Counted from the whole stretch's first letter, positions 1 to 12,800 are shown. The stretch is DNA of 63,741 nt, filler included, from Octopus bimaculoides (GCF_001194135.2; 8 parts of 7 records of this genome joined end to end with filler, not necessarily neighbours in it); one strand, 5' to 3'. Numbers and translations are program-made. The notes: generated by a model not told the origin, from the sequence alone.

Positions 1-127
<127 letters not shown>

Positions 128-294
128 GATGTATCAATACCGACAAATTGCACTACTGGGCACTGCACACATCCTACGCAAAACACTTTCAATACTGTAA
201 AAATAAGAGCATCACAACAAGCTACAGCACATATCCAAGGCACACAAAGCTGCGCTCGGTAGTGAAGTGAAAGCACAAAATCAAAATAAGACTA

Positions 295-298
<4 letters not shown>
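128..298 (+). mobile_element. R4/Dong-clade LINE (family B) 3'-terminal fragment, internally deleted
   Basis: Encodes QIALLGTAHILRKTLSIL*, the typical end of an R4 REL domain, then a short 3' UTR running into (AAT)n. The first 14 nt (128-141) are identical to the DVSIP-coding stretch of the minus copy at 61002-61015. Confidence 0.8.
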
Positions 299-366
<68 letters not shown>

Positions 367-369
<3 letters not shown>

Positions 370-1195
370 GAATGCGCAGCGAATGGAAGGCAATGGAACT
401 GTTCGAAATTACTGAACAGAGATTATGTGCCCAACTAAGAACAAAATAAAAGAACGGATGGTTAACAGACTTGGAGCTGGAAGATATTAAAAGAAGGGTG
501 ACAGGTGAGGTCGGGTATGCGAGAAATGAAAGTGGTATAGTGGAAGAGATGGACAATTGTCCGCAAGAATATAATACCATGAAATGTGAAATAATTGAGA
601 TCAGTGACTACTGAAATAATGGAGATCGATTTATAATAGACAGAATTGTGGATCTATTAAATACAGAAGGGATAGAATATGTGTGCGACTTTAAGAAGGC
701 TAACCAATGGAGACTAAATCAAGAGACGAGTAAAGTCAATAATGTATTGAGACTCATTGAAACAAAGAACATCACACGAACAAATAATCTTATCAAGGCT
801 AATAATAGGATTTTTGCGGAAAGGATGGAATTGAGAACTACTGAGAATAGAATAGAGACGGATAGAAAAGGAAATAATCAGCCATGGTGGAAAAGGAGAA
901 TTTCTGAAAATATAAACTCCTTGAACAGTGTAGGGTCAATACTTTTCGGGAACAGAAATTCGAAAAAGTTGGGAAGAAGTATGGTGTAGGTACAAGAGTC
1001 CTGAATATTGTAATTGAAGAACTGAAGCAGCGCATACAGGCAAAAAAAGCAAAGCTAACCAGGTTTGAACAACGGATTAAGCAATACCAGCAAAACGAAT
1101 TGTTTAGACCGGACCAAAAAAGATTCTATCAAGAGATTAATGATGATAAAAAACGTAAAAGATTAGTCCCTGATGCTGATGAAAGTCGACCTTTT
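367..1195 (+). mobile_element. R4/Dong-clade LINE N-terminal ORF fragment (degenerate)
   Basis: Reads RMRSEWKAMELFEITEQRLCAQL..KNGWLTDLELEDIKRR, QPWWKRRI, KQRIQAKKAKLTRFEQRIKQYQQNELFRPDQKRFYQEIN..PDADESRPF. These motifs are typical of the pre-RT region of R4/Dong ORFs; stops and frameshifts are present. Confidence 0.8.
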
Positions 1196-1199
1196 TGTG

Positions 1200-1735
1200 G
1201 ATATGGATATGGAGTAAGTAAGGTTATCCTTTGTAGTTCAGGGAGATTGGAGTCACCAGGGAGGTGCTTAAAATATTTCTCAGCTCCCTTCTTTATCATT
1301 CCCAACGCACCAATTCCTACTGCTATTATCGTATTACTAAGCTTCCACATTTTTCTGATTTCAATTTGCAGATCTTTATAGTGAGAAAGCATTTCGTATT
1401 CCTTTCTTGAGACATTTTGATCTTGTGGGACAGACATATCTATTAACAGACAAGTTCCTCTGTCGTAGTCCTTGATCACAATGTCTGGTCGATTGGACTC
1501 AGTTTTCTGTCTAAAGTTCTAAAGTTCTAAAGGAACTAAATTCTAAAGGATGTTTTAAATTCTAAAGGATGGTGACGCCCTTGCCATTTACTACATCCTC
1601 TGGATGGTGCCTGCACCATTTATCATGGGATTTAATTTTGTAATATTTTCCAGTGGATGTACTGCCCTAGTCTCTCATGTCTTATGAGGTACTCCTTTTC
1701 AGTAAAGACTGGGCAGCCAGATATAATTCAACAAG
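1200..1735 (-). mobile_element. R4/Dong-clade LINE (family A) C-terminal fragment with REL endonuclease
   Basis: ORF 1129-1479 gives IKDYDRGTCLLIDMSVPQDQNVSRKEYE..YKDLQIEI..IGALG. Clear nucleotide homology to 61930-62420. Confidence 0.9.
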
Positions 1736-1744
1736 ATGGCAGAT

Positions 1745-3168
1745 GAGCCCATCTTGACAGAGTTAAGAAAGAAAACTGTCCCTCCTGAAAGCCTTCTGCC
1801 CCCAAAAGTTGGGAAGTACTTGGCCGCATCTACAACCTACATCGCATCCCCAACAACAGCAACGGTCCATCTGCTGTCAACAGCCGCTGAGTGGAGGACT
1901 GGGCATGCCGTGCCTAATGATGCGCAGACATGCACTGAGGCTGCGACATCTCCAGCGTTTCCTTAACGGTGAGCAACTGTGGTTGCTGTTCGTTAGTCTC
2001 ATTCATGGAGCTACAGTCCTGGGTCAAGCGTAGACCAAGAAATGGCGCTTAACACCTGGAGTGTCGGCAAATAAAACTGTAGCCTCATCTCCAACAACAA
2101 CAGATGCACGTGAACCCCATACAATGGAGAAAAACCACCCAGGGAATTTGTTAAACCAGCCCCTTCACACCCTCTCAAGCATACACTCACGCAAACACAG
2201 CATTCTGCCAGTCGGACAGTGCGGTCGGTGGAAGTTCCACTATGGAGTTCTGATTAGTGGAGGGTAAGAGCGATGACGTACTCGGGGAAACTTCGGGCAT
2301 CGGGAGGAATCAACTAACTGGTATTTTCCGGAGGACTTTCAGGCCAGGGCCTATGGATAACTTCCAGAAATCCCTGGCCTCGCAGTGCTACCAGCGAACT
2401 CTACCGATTCGAGACAAGCTCTACAGGCACGCACGTGCTGTCAGACCGACCTGTCCGAGGTGTGCGCAGGGCGATAAAACCGTCCTGCATGTACTCGTCC
2501 TGCATGTACTCGTCCTGCATGTACTCGTCCTGCATGTACTCGTCCTGCATGTACTCGTCCTGCATGTACTCGTCCAGTGTCTGCGCATTACTGACTTGTG
2601 AAACTTTGTCGAACAGCTGTTGTCATGTGTAGGATGGATCCGGTTATCAGTTGGGCCCATTGTGAGGATCGTCCCGCCGCCTTCTTTTGGCCGGGAGGGA
2701 AAGGCAGCATTCCTCTGCCTGGTGACTATAGCGAAAGAGGTAGTGTCGTGGACGAGGTGGAAAGGACTGAAGACAGACATTTTCCTCATCGACATCTTTA
2801 AGTTCTACTTGAGAAGGAAAGTGAGGGTGGAGGGAAGAACTGCCTCCCAGTAAATTTGTTGAAAGGTGAGTGAATGTTGTAAAAATGGCTCGTGTGAATG
2901 GGCCTACTCTGAATATTCGTCAGTAAGCCGGAGCAGTTGAGGGGTGCCTACCTGGTGTGCCCTTGGCAGTCGAGGTTACCAGGATGTGTGGGGTGCCCTG
3001 GTTGGCCCTGGGGGGAACTCCCCACTATAGAGGAATTTTGTTGTTAGATTTTTTAAAGTTTCTTTTTTATTGTTTACACGTTTTCTGTTTTAAATCCCAC
3101 TTGTCCCTTGTTTTGTATTGTCCCTATATATTTTTGTATTCGGCCCTCGTAGCCAATAGGGAAAGGAT
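1745..3168 (+). mobile_element. Tx1-clade (L1 group) LINE 3' portion with zf-RVT region and 3' UTR
   Basis: Reads SICCQQPLSGGLGMPCLMMRRHALRLRHLQRFL (post-RT motif) and LPIRDKLYRH..CPRC..TVLH..QC (CCHC knuckle), then a 3' UTR ending at (TTC)n. Confidence 0.85.
2481..2575 (+). repeat. 15-bp tandem repeat (CGTCCTGCATGTACT)x6 inside the Tx1 zinc knuckle
   Basis: Six exact 15-nt units plus 5 nt; in frame, giving (VLHVL)6. Confidence 0.97.
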
Positions 3169-3275
3169 TCTTCTTCTTCTTCTTCGTCGTCGTCGTCGTC
3201 GTCGTCCTCGTATATATGAGCTCTATGATGATGGTAATGATGATGATGATGATGATGATGATAATAATAATGATG
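3168..3275 (+). repeat. Compound triplet microsatellite (TTC)/(GTC)/(GAT)/(AAT)
   Basis: Read directly from the sequence. Confidence 0.9.
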
Positions 3276-3959
3276 AATTAGAATTATTTCTTCAATTATT
3301 CTATTTAATTGTTATTTTCATCGTTGAAGATAAACATAAATTAATGTTCTCACTTTAAAATTATTGTTTCGTTTATTTTTTCTTTATTATTTTCATTCCT
3401 ATCAAACAAATACTAAGTTATATTCCACCATTGCAGAACCAAAAAAGACGGCTTTCTCATTTCCTACCAAATTTTCAAAGCACATTTTGTGCTAATCAAA
3501 ATCTTCACAGAAGAAATAAAGGAAAAGTGAGGAAAAAAACAAACTAAAATGAATAAAGAATTAAAAAAAAAAACCCCACAAAAAGAAACGAAACAAAACA
3601 AGGAAGAAAAGAAAAAAAAAATCAACATATTTATCAGAGTTTTTCTCTTGGCATAAATTTTCAAAATTAATATCATACAGAAATATGTTACGTTGTAATT
3701 GTTCTTTGATTTCTATCTTGAAATAATTTTACAAGCAACTCATCAAAGCTTTGAAGTTTGGATGACTGCTTCGTTGAGCCACGCGCCTAGGGATTTCGTG
3801 CTTCTGCGGCATGTTTTCTTATGTTGATATGGCTTGTTGCTACTAAGAATGAATAACTATCATTGTACAACGTCGTCTCTGGTTTGGCTTTGAGTGGTAA
3901 ACCGCTTAACATTATGCATGGAGGGGAGTGTGTCTGTTAATAAGGCTTAAACAATATTT

Positions 3960-4001
3960 AAAAAAAACATGTTGATGATGATCATGATGGTGATGATGAT
4001 G

Positions 4002-4088
<87 letters not shown>

Positions 4089-4373
4089 CAAAACAAAAGT
4101 CAAACATAAAATAATAATAATAATAATAATAATAATGGTTTCAAATTTTGGTATAAGGCCAGGAGGTTCAGTGGAAGGAGGAGCGATGAGTCGATTATAT
4201 CAACCCCAGTGCTCAACTGGTACTTATATCATTGACCCTGAAAGGATGAAAAGAAAAGTCGACCTTAATGGCATTTGAACGTAGAAGTTAAAAACAGACG
4301 AAATGCCGCTAAGCATTTTTGTTCGGCATGCTAACGATTCTGCCAGATAATAATAACAACAATAATAATAATG

Positions 4374-4425
<52 letters not shown>

Positions 4426-4444
4426 CAACAACAACAACAACAAC

Positions 4445-4498
<54 letters not shown>

Positions 4499-4625
4499 CA
4501 TAATAATAATGATAATAATAATAGTAATGACAATAATGATGATGACGATGATAACAACAGCAGCAGCAGAAGCAGCAGCAAGAACAACAACAATAATAAG
4601 ACTAAAAGAAACAATAATAAGACTG
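3960..4625. repeat. (GAT)/(AAT)/(AAC)/(CAG) triplet arrays interrupted by a SINE
   Basis: Read directly; explains the poly-N/I/Y pseudo-ORFs here. Confidence 0.92.
4137..4347 (-). mobile_element. tRNA-derived SINE, family A
   Basis: Reverse strand: CTGGCAGAATCGTTAGC (A box) ..GTTCAAATG (B-box-like) ..TTTCATCCTTTCAGGGTC..AAGTACCAGTTGAGCACTGGGGTTGAT.. with an (ATT)n tail; many homologous copies in the window. Confidence 0.85.
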
Positions 4626-6950
4626 AAAAAAAAGGCCTTCACACCAGATGAAAGCAAAGAGTGAAGGTCGGAGAATTGATGTGAAGGTGGTGGTGGTAGT
4701 GGTTGGGGTCGTTTCGTAGAAGCAGCGGGTACTTCTGTCGCAGAAATGGGGATGGGTGCCTTTGGTTCTATCGCAGAAGAAATAGTTTATTTTTGTTTGT
4801 CAGAAGTACATTTCTGAAACGAATGAAATGGTGAGAAAATGCCTCGCTCTATTAAATAACCTTAAAACAGAGACAAGAACAACGGCAACGACAACAATAA
4901 CAACAAAATATGCCACTTCGACCCACGACAGCAGCACCCTACTCATCCCTCTCCCCTCCCGCCGCCACCCAACTACCAATTGCAAACGCTATATTGTTTG
5001 TGTTTTGAACTTTTTCAATGAAGTTTTATTATGTCTTGTCTCTTTAGCTCTTTCATTATACAACCCCATATCTCATTGTTTCACTTTTTGGACTCCTCCT
5101 CTCCCTCCTCCCCTTTCTCTCCCCCTATTTCTCAACCTCCTCCTTTCTCCGCTCCACTGCACCTAATAGCTAAGATACGCAGCCATTTTTAGAGACTCAG
5201 TGTTTCAGATAACTAACACACGAAAACAATCATTACTCTTACTATTTTTAAGTATTTTTCCATTTGTCCAATATCTCCAGAATCAAGCAGTTTGTAGACA
5301 AAAGCAAAAATCCGTTTCTGCTTACTTTTCGTAATCATTTCACTCTTGTAATCCTTCTTTTTTTTCTTCTTCTTCTTCAAATCCGGATATATTCGTTTTA
5401 TAGCTTTTGCTGTGACGTCAGTTTGAAATTATAAAACCACACAAAACAAAACAACAAAGAATTTCTTGGTTGCTGGTTTCCAGGTTAGTATTTTCATTTG
5501 TTCCTTTCAAGCTGTCCCCGTCACCCCGCTGACGGTTGAACAGAGACGAAGACAGAAGTCTGGAGTAAATATATTGTAGAGTTCCATAAACTTCAATTAA
5601 ATTATGTATTATCCATATGTCGATTCGGCAGCGAGTGTTTCTGTAGGAAAAGATGCAAATGGAAATTTTTCTACGTCTAAACAATTGTAAAGATTACTCA
5701 GGGGACCTACTCAATCTTGATCTCTCTAACTTTTCTGCTGTCCATTTTGTTTGCTATTATTATTCTTGCTGGAGAGGATTTGATCTTTGCACTGCCTGAT
5801 ATTAATTTCCCTGTCAGTTTCCCGTTAATTCAACAACCAAAACTACTAAATCATTCCTGTTATTGTCTTACTTTCTTTGCGGACAGCTAAACTAAGATCG
5901 GGGAAGAAACTGTACTTTGCTGTGTGCCAGGTAGATCGCAACCTTAACATATAGCCTTTGCAATAGGTTCCCAATTCTATTAGTATTTTACTTCTTAATG
6001 GTAGCGAGTTGGTAGTAATAGTACAGCCGTTACCGCGAATGCCAGTCTATAGTTTTAGTTTAAATCTGATGGAGACGAATTTGACTTGTAACCTTTCGGA
6101 CTGATAAATTAAAGTACGAATAATTTATTGATAATAATTCAAGACGTTCCGTCCCTTTCGTCTGTGCCGTCTGCAAGAAATAAAGTAGCAAGAAATAGTC
6201 TTAGCTGCAGTTTAGCTTCACGGTTGTTGCTCTTCCCGTTCTGTTAAACTGTTGATGCTGTCGGTAAAGGCATTAACATAATAACTCACATTTTCCACTC
6301 AATGAAGTCAATAACGTTGCTCAATAACTGAGGGGTGTCTCTGATACTCAAATCTTAATATCTAACTATAAATATAAACACACACACATACACAATCATA
6401 GGATTTGGACAAAATTAATGGGGATTATTCGTGCAGAGAATAAATTTTCCGAAAAAACTTTTGTATTCCACGTCACGTGACGGTATTTTAAAGTTTAATA
6501 TATTACTGTACCCTCCTGGGTCAGCTGCCACCAAAGACATTTTTAATCGCCTTCTGCTTGTCTACAGATTTATTTCTGCATACATCTATCTACGCATATA
6601 CATGCATATACAACTACATACACACACACACACACAAACATACATATACACACACACAAACATATATATATATACATATATATACATATACATACACACA
6701 TGCATGCGCACACACACACATACACAGATACACACATAGTCAAGTAATAAAATATATTCTATTGCAAGCCTTTGGGCCCTGTCTTTGATTTGCTACCTTC
6801 CGCCCCTCCTCCCTCCCATTCTTTCAAATGCCGTTGGGGTCCTGTGAAGAGTCAATGGTACTATCTTTTCTCCAGAGTAAAAAATATGTATTCATGTACC
6901 TGTCTGTCTGTCTGTCTGTCCGTCCGTCCGTCCGTCCGTCCGTCCGTCCG

Positions 6951-7016
<66 letters not shown>

Positions 7017-7454
7017 CAGTTATTTTTTGATCGTTTCTGACAATCTGACTATACTCCAGTAAACACATTGAAAGAATATTTACTAAATCCCGTCATATTT
7101 TTCAATCTCTAAATTCAAGATTTGATTGGATGACAGAAAGAATGTGACGATTGAGATAAACGTGCCACACCATAGGAGAACATCGTTAATGGTTCCAAGA
7201 TTAAACAAACCATTACAAAGATACGATGACGGGAAGCTAAAATTTAAATGTTAATATTTGTTCATTCGAGTGATTGTAAATAAATAAATAAACGCACAGG
7301 AAGCCATTAATAGAAATGTTGAAGAAAGCCAAAATTGGAAACGACGGTAATACAAAGACTTAAAAATTATGGACATAAAAATAGTAAAATGGCAACAATT
7401 ATATTCATTAATTTATTAATTAAATAATAATAATGATGATAATGATAAAAAAAT

Positions 7455-7655
7455 AATAGTTTTGGATTCTGGTCAAAGGTCAGGAATTTTAAGAGCAAGA
7501 GGTTAGTCGATTACATTGACTCCCATTGTCAAGTGCTAAAATTTTTATTGACCCCGAAAGGATAAAAGGCAAAGTCGGTATTGGTAATAGAACTCGGAAT
7601 GTAAAGCGCTGAAAGAAATGTCGAGAAGCATTTTGTCGAAGGAGCTATCGACTGG
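7455..7655 (-). mobile_element. SINE family A copy
   Basis: Homology to 4137-4347 and 62595-62815. Confidence 0.75.
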
Positions 7656-7684
7656 AGTAGTTTCGACGATTTGACTAATGGATA

Positions 7685-7841
7685 GGCGTGGCTGTGTGGT
7701 AAGAAGCTCGCTTCCCAATCACATGGTTTCGGATTCAGTCCCTCTGCGTGGAACCTTGAGTAAGTGTCCTCTATTATAGCCTCGAACCGACAAAAACCTT
7801 GTGAGTGGATCTGGTAGACGGAAACTGAAAGAAACCTGTCG

Positions 7842-7843
<2 letters not shown>
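7685..7843 (+). mobile_element. tRNA-derived SINE, family B (CORE-like centre)
   Basis: GGCGTGGCTGTGTGGTAAG (A box), GGATTCAGTCC (B box), ACCTTGAGTAAGTG CORE-like block, ending in (TA)n. Reverse copies at ~21230-21370, 23445-23550 and 27745-27860. Confidence 0.85.
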
Positions 7844-7875
<32 letters not shown>

Positions 7876-8213
7876 TTGCAAGATTTTTTTACCTGGCTGA
7901 TATTTAGCAAGGTGAGACACACATAAGAAGGAAGGAAACAAAGGACCACTGATGAGGTCACAGAAGTGTGACGAAAGAACTCTGGCCGAAATAAGATTAA
8001 GATTAATGTAATATAAAGCTGAAGCAAATTAACACCAAATATACAGAGCGTGTGTTTTTATTGGCTAAACTGGCAATATGACCATCCCCAAGTACANNNN
8101 NNNNNNNNNNNNNNNNNNNNNNNNNNNNNNNNNNNNNNNNTTAATTAATTAANNNNNNNNNNNNNNNNNNNNNNNNNNNNNNNNNNNNNNNNNNNNTATA
8201 TATATATTTTATT

Positions 8214-8245
<32 letters not shown>

Positions 8246-9039
8246 GGGTGTATGCATATACACACGCGCACATACAAATAGGTATACATACATATTAGCG
8301 ACAGAAATAGTATTAATAATTAATACCAAAACACAGTTTTTGTCCGACACTATTATGTTTTTATTAGTGAAAATAAATATATCTCAATGCTACAAAATAT
8401 TCAAGACATTCAAATGAGTCTCAGTAACTCAGTTGAAAATACAATTTTAGAGACATTTTTAATATGTTTTTATGAAAGAAGTCACATGTCTTCAGTTTAC
8501 AAATACAAAAATAATAAAATTTTACTAATATTAAGAAATCAGTCTTCATGTAGATGACGTGCGAATGTGCACGCGCACATATGTTGTAAAATATACATGC
8601 ATGAAATAGCAAATGAGAAAAACATCTAGTGGTTTGCTTCCAGCCAGCTTGTGAGAAAAGCAGATGACATTGAAGTTAGTATTGTTACAAAGTAGAAAAA
8701 AGAAACAAGCGTTGAAACAGAAGAAAATGACTACAGAAATAAAATTTTATTCACTTTTTCACTATGCATTATGATATTTTAAGTGAAATGGTACTGCAGT
8801 AAATTACGAAAAATAACACAGCTCCAAATTCAAACAAAAAAATCTTCCAAAGCAACAGAATTCTACGACTCGCCAAAATTTTAACTTCACAGTGACAATA
8901 TAAAGTCAAGATGAACTAAAATATCCCACCGTCCGATGATGGCTTAACTGGGGGTGTTTTCAAAGCGACTGTCAACACTACACGTGTGAAAGAATTATAC
9001 ACACATACATATGTATATATGTATGTATGTGTGCATGTA

Positions 9040-9095
<56 letters not shown>

Positions 9096-9472
9096 TATAT
9101 ATATATATATGTTAGGTTACATAATTTCAGAAATAATATAAACTCTACATTAATAATATGTAGACCTCCATGGCATCTACTTTAATTGGATGTTTATCTG
9201 AAAGAAAGAAAAGCTTGTGTTAAATCAGTGGAAATACAGATTGTACAAAAGTTACATTTTCGTTTAAATAAAAACAAAGTATATATTATGACGAAGATAT
9301 ATATTTGAAAAGAAAAAATTAAACAGGAGTCGGAGAGGACTTAATGAAACTTTTGTTCATTATCAGCCTGTCGGACTGCCTCTACAAATTCATGCAACAT
9401 GTATTAGGCTCCTAGTTACCGGCACCACTATGAGTGACAAACATGCACGCACGCATGTATACATACATACAT

Positions 9473-9900
9473 TCATACATACTTAAAGCTGATAATATCA
9501 TGAGACTTAGAGAGCAGTTCCTGAAACTCTACCTCAAAGTATCATCAGATGAAAGAATGAGCTTATATCAGCAGAAGACCATGCATGGATATATTAGTCG
9601 TAAGCTCCGAGGTGAAAAAGAGAACACCAAAGCTGAACTATTGAGAAATCTCCAGTTACTTTATCCAGATTACAAGTTCAAATATATAACTGTAATTATT
9701 GGGACCTTGGGATATGTAACACACTGACTAAATACCAATCTTGTGAAATTAGGCGTCTCAAAACCAGAAAGTAGAAAGCTAATTCGAAGACTACAGATCT
9801 AATCCATCACTGGAGCTGCAAAAATCTGTAAAACTGAGCATGTCTAGATATGCCACTGTATGCATGAGAATACATACATAAAACATACAAATCTGCACAT
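9473..9900 (+). mobile_element. R4-like REL LINE (family C), internally deleted, in a (TACA)n tract
   Basis: YQQKTMHGY (R4-type K.HG motif) joined to EKENTKAELLRNLQLLYPDYKFKYITVIIGTLGYVTH; homologous to 28606-28890. Confidence 0.8.
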
Positions 9901-10139
9901 ACATACATATATACATACATACATACATACATACATACACTTTTCTTGGACAATGTAAATATCTATGCTCAGAATATATGCAGTGCCGAAAAGCAGCAGG
10001 ATTTAATCATTGTATTTTCCATTGATATATGAATGGAAATTGATCAAAAGAAGTATTCATAGTAAACAATAGAATCGTTCCCTAACCTTTTTACTACACC
10101 GGTCTCTCTCTTTCCTAGTTCTAGAAAACGAATACTACA

Positions 10140-10930
10140 AATACCGACGTGAGCCTAGGACATTTACCTCTCCTCCACCATGGACAATAAACCTGCCATG
10201 GACAACAAGCCCCTAGGACAATTACCCTTAAACAGTTAACCTCCGATGTGTACCGTATTTTCCGGTGTATAAGCCGCTATTTTTTACCTGGGAAATTTAG
10301 TGTGCGGCTTAGAGAAAGGTGTGCCTAATGTGTGTATTTTTTATAAGTTTCAGGAGGAAAATAATTTGTGAATAGAGATCGAACTTTTTTCTGATTTTTT
10401 TCAGAGGAAAGGCCGGTCGGTGAACAACGCGAAAGATTATAGCTAGAGTACATTGCTTCCCGGAAGAAAACAAAGCACATTTGTTTTGTTTTACCTTCAT
10501 GTTTTGATAATGTTATTTATAATCTAATAAAGACTTTAATATTGACGAAATGTGTTTGTTGTTGATTATAGTAAAATAAAATCATGGCACTAACAATACA
10601 TCTTATAGTTGTAAAATAAGATATTTTGAAACTACATACACGTCAACAACAGAAAGTTAGATGCAGACCCGTAGTTCTACAGGTCTTTTAGATGTTTAGA
10701 TGTTTCAGTCCGTATTACTGCCGTAGTTAGCAATTATGAAAACATAAGTGTTATGCAATATTTGCGAGGAATCGCATATAATTTGCACTTTCAGATGATA
10801 ATTTAAAACTTCTTAATATATTGAGGAGGGGCTAATTAACCAAGGGTTGTAATTGCCCTAGGGGGCAGTTGTCGCCGGGAGGAATTTTCTTATCGGGGTA
10901 ATAGTCATAGGGAAGTAAGTGTTCTGAGAC
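10140..10930. mobile_element. Non-autonomous TIR-type element with subterminal repeats, plus a nested pogo/Tc2-like end at ~10252
   Basis: GACAACAAGCCCCTAGGACAATTACCCTT (~10201-10229) is the imperfect reverse complement of AAGGGTTGTAATTGCCCTAGGGGGCAGTTGTC (~10842-10873). TACCGTATTTTCCGGTGTATAAG resembles a pogo/Tc2 TIR. Confidence 0.5.
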
Positions 10931-11142
10931 GACCGACATAGGTATTAGTGAAAATATATCATTCAAAAGAAATGAGAAGAAACAGGGTATAACTAAAAAT
11001 TATTAAACTAGACTTAAAATGATATGGCATTCAAAGGTTTTCATTTGCTATAAGATTACATTACAAGGCATTTACTAAAGACGCCCTGATTCCAACATCT
11101 GGGATACACGATTATCTAATGGGAGAATCCGCTCTACGTGCA

Positions 11143-11204
11143 TTAAAGTCTGCAAGACGCAGACATCAAATGCACATTTCCAAAGAAACATTGATATTGC
11201 AGAC
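11143..11204 (-). CDS. PAN-domain gene, candidate terminal exon 5
   Basis: Strong polypyrimidine tract plus AG at 11206/11205. With a phase-1 start it reads (G)LQYQCFFGNVHLMSASCRL*. No homology support. Confidence 0.25.
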
Positions 11205-11554
11205 CTAATCGTAGAGGAAAAGAGAGAGAGTAAGGAGGAGTAGAGTAAGAAGAGTGGGAGTATAGTTATCTTTGAAGTATTGTATGACATCATTCAGACA
11301 ACAACTCACAGATAATAACAGCAAAAATATTTACACCAAGAGAAAAATGAAGTGAATAAAATCTTAAGGGTCGGTAGTCAATATTGGTTGGACACTCATG
11401 AACTTTTCCGCTAAAATCAAAAAATAACAAAAGCTGACAGACGTTTGGGGCGTGAGAGTAATGAAATGTACGCAGAACCAGCAGGTCTTCTACTCTGATA
11501 ATAAATTCACATTTATATCAATTGTTTTGCAGACACAAAGAAGAAATATATTAC

Positions 11555-11661
11555 CACCAGCGACCTTCCTGTAGTGAATTTTATAATAGCCTTTCTTGTG
11601 CTTCCTTGCTACCATCACATTGAATCGAAAACCACCTGGCAAGATGGTAAACCTTTCTTCC
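11555..11661 (-). CDS. PAN-domain gene, candidate exon 4
   Basis: Acceptor TTATTTTCAG, in the phase-2 frame required by exon 3: EERFTILPGGFRFNVMVARKHKKGYYKIHYRKVAG. Donor GTAATA assumed; alternatively it reads through to the stop at 11490. Confidence 0.5.
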
Positions 11662-12411
11662 CTGAAAATAACATATATTACAGTTGATACTTTCAATAAT
11701 TTTCATCATAATAGAATACTTTACAACTGTATTTACGACAATCGGTACAGTTTAATGAAATCACTGAGTTTATATTTAATCTTTGAAATTATTGAGTGTT
11801 ATTTCCAGTTTGTTACTTACAACATGAAAAGTAAATATGAACTGTAAGCTGGATAGATCAGATTATGCTATTTAGTTTCAGTTCAAGTCTGAAGAAAAAA
11901 GAGTAAAATAAATATCTTAATATGACCACTCCTTCGTTAAAGAAGGATCTAGACATTACCACCCCATCTTTTTTCCGGTCTAAGCATAACCAACCTCGTC
12001 GTAATGAAGTGAATGAAATTTATTGGGTAAACAAGTACAAACAGAGGAAAACAGATAAAGTAGGTTCAAATATAGGAAGGTACCCAAGCGAAATGCTTGC
12101 AGAATAAAAGAATGAGATTCACTACTCCTTTAGAAAAATCTAAAGGCAATGATTTCATATCCTTCTTGAAAGCCATGATGTTTCTTTGGTTGTGTTGCTG
12201 AATTTCTCTTGCATTTTTTTTTTTCATTTCAACTGTGGTTATATACACAGCTATCTAATTCTTTTGTATAAATATTTTGTGTGTAGATGACGATGGTACT
12301 TACTCTAGCCTCAAAATTGCTAACCTTGTGTTTAATTCAAAAACATCATCATCATCATCATCACCACTACCATCTTCATCACCTTTATCATTATTATTAT
12401 TAATCTACAAA

Positions 12412-12800
12412 GCGATGAGCCCACAGATTCTTTAGCTCAGACAAAATGCTTAGCGGCATTTCGTCCCGTCTTCCCATTTTGAGTTCAAATTCCGCCAAGG
12501 TTGACTTTACCCCTCGTCCTTTCGCAGTCGGGCAATGGCTTTGATGTAATCGACTAACAACTCCGCCCAATCTTCAAGCCTGCTGCGTATAGTAGAAGGA
12601 ATTATTATTTTTATGCTATAAAATGTCAAACTCACAGAGTCGTCGGTACTTCGGGAAAAAATTAGGGACATTTTCTCAGGTTCTGAGCTGAAATGCCACT
12701 GAAGTTAACTTTAATTTCCATCCTTTCGGCGTCGATGATAAAATGAGTACCAGTTAAGAACTGTGATCAATGTAGTGTACAACACCCTTCCTGAATATTT
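12412..12800 (+). mobile_element. Two tandem SINE family A copies (~12412-12609, ~12630-12800)
   Basis: AAATGCTTAGCGGCATTTCGTC..GAGTTCAAATTCCGCC homology to the other copies. Confidence 0.75.

Noticed and set aside
2481-2575. CRISPR-like array
   Set aside because: Contiguous tandem units with no spacers, inside a LINE; no cas genes and a eukaryotic context.
4319-4664. Poly-N/I/Y ORFs and the many (YI)n, (HT)n, (CV)n, (YVCM)n ORFs in the track
   Set aside because: These are translations of microsatellites or of N-gaps.
5710-5800. GTPase-like ANKMD motif on the minus strand
   Set aside because: Short frame bounded by stops, with no G1/G3 motifs; likely an antisense by-product of a hydrophobic plus-strand stretch.
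6472-6481. GTCACGTGAC CLEAR/E-box palindrome
   Set aside because: Single motif with no linked gene start.
8097-8196. Recurrent TTAATTAATTAA motif (also ~19576, 29459, 41948, 44236, 54891, 60792)
   Set aside because: Always centred in N runs (44 N + 12 nt + 44 N here); it is a six-frame-stop scaffolding linker, not biology.
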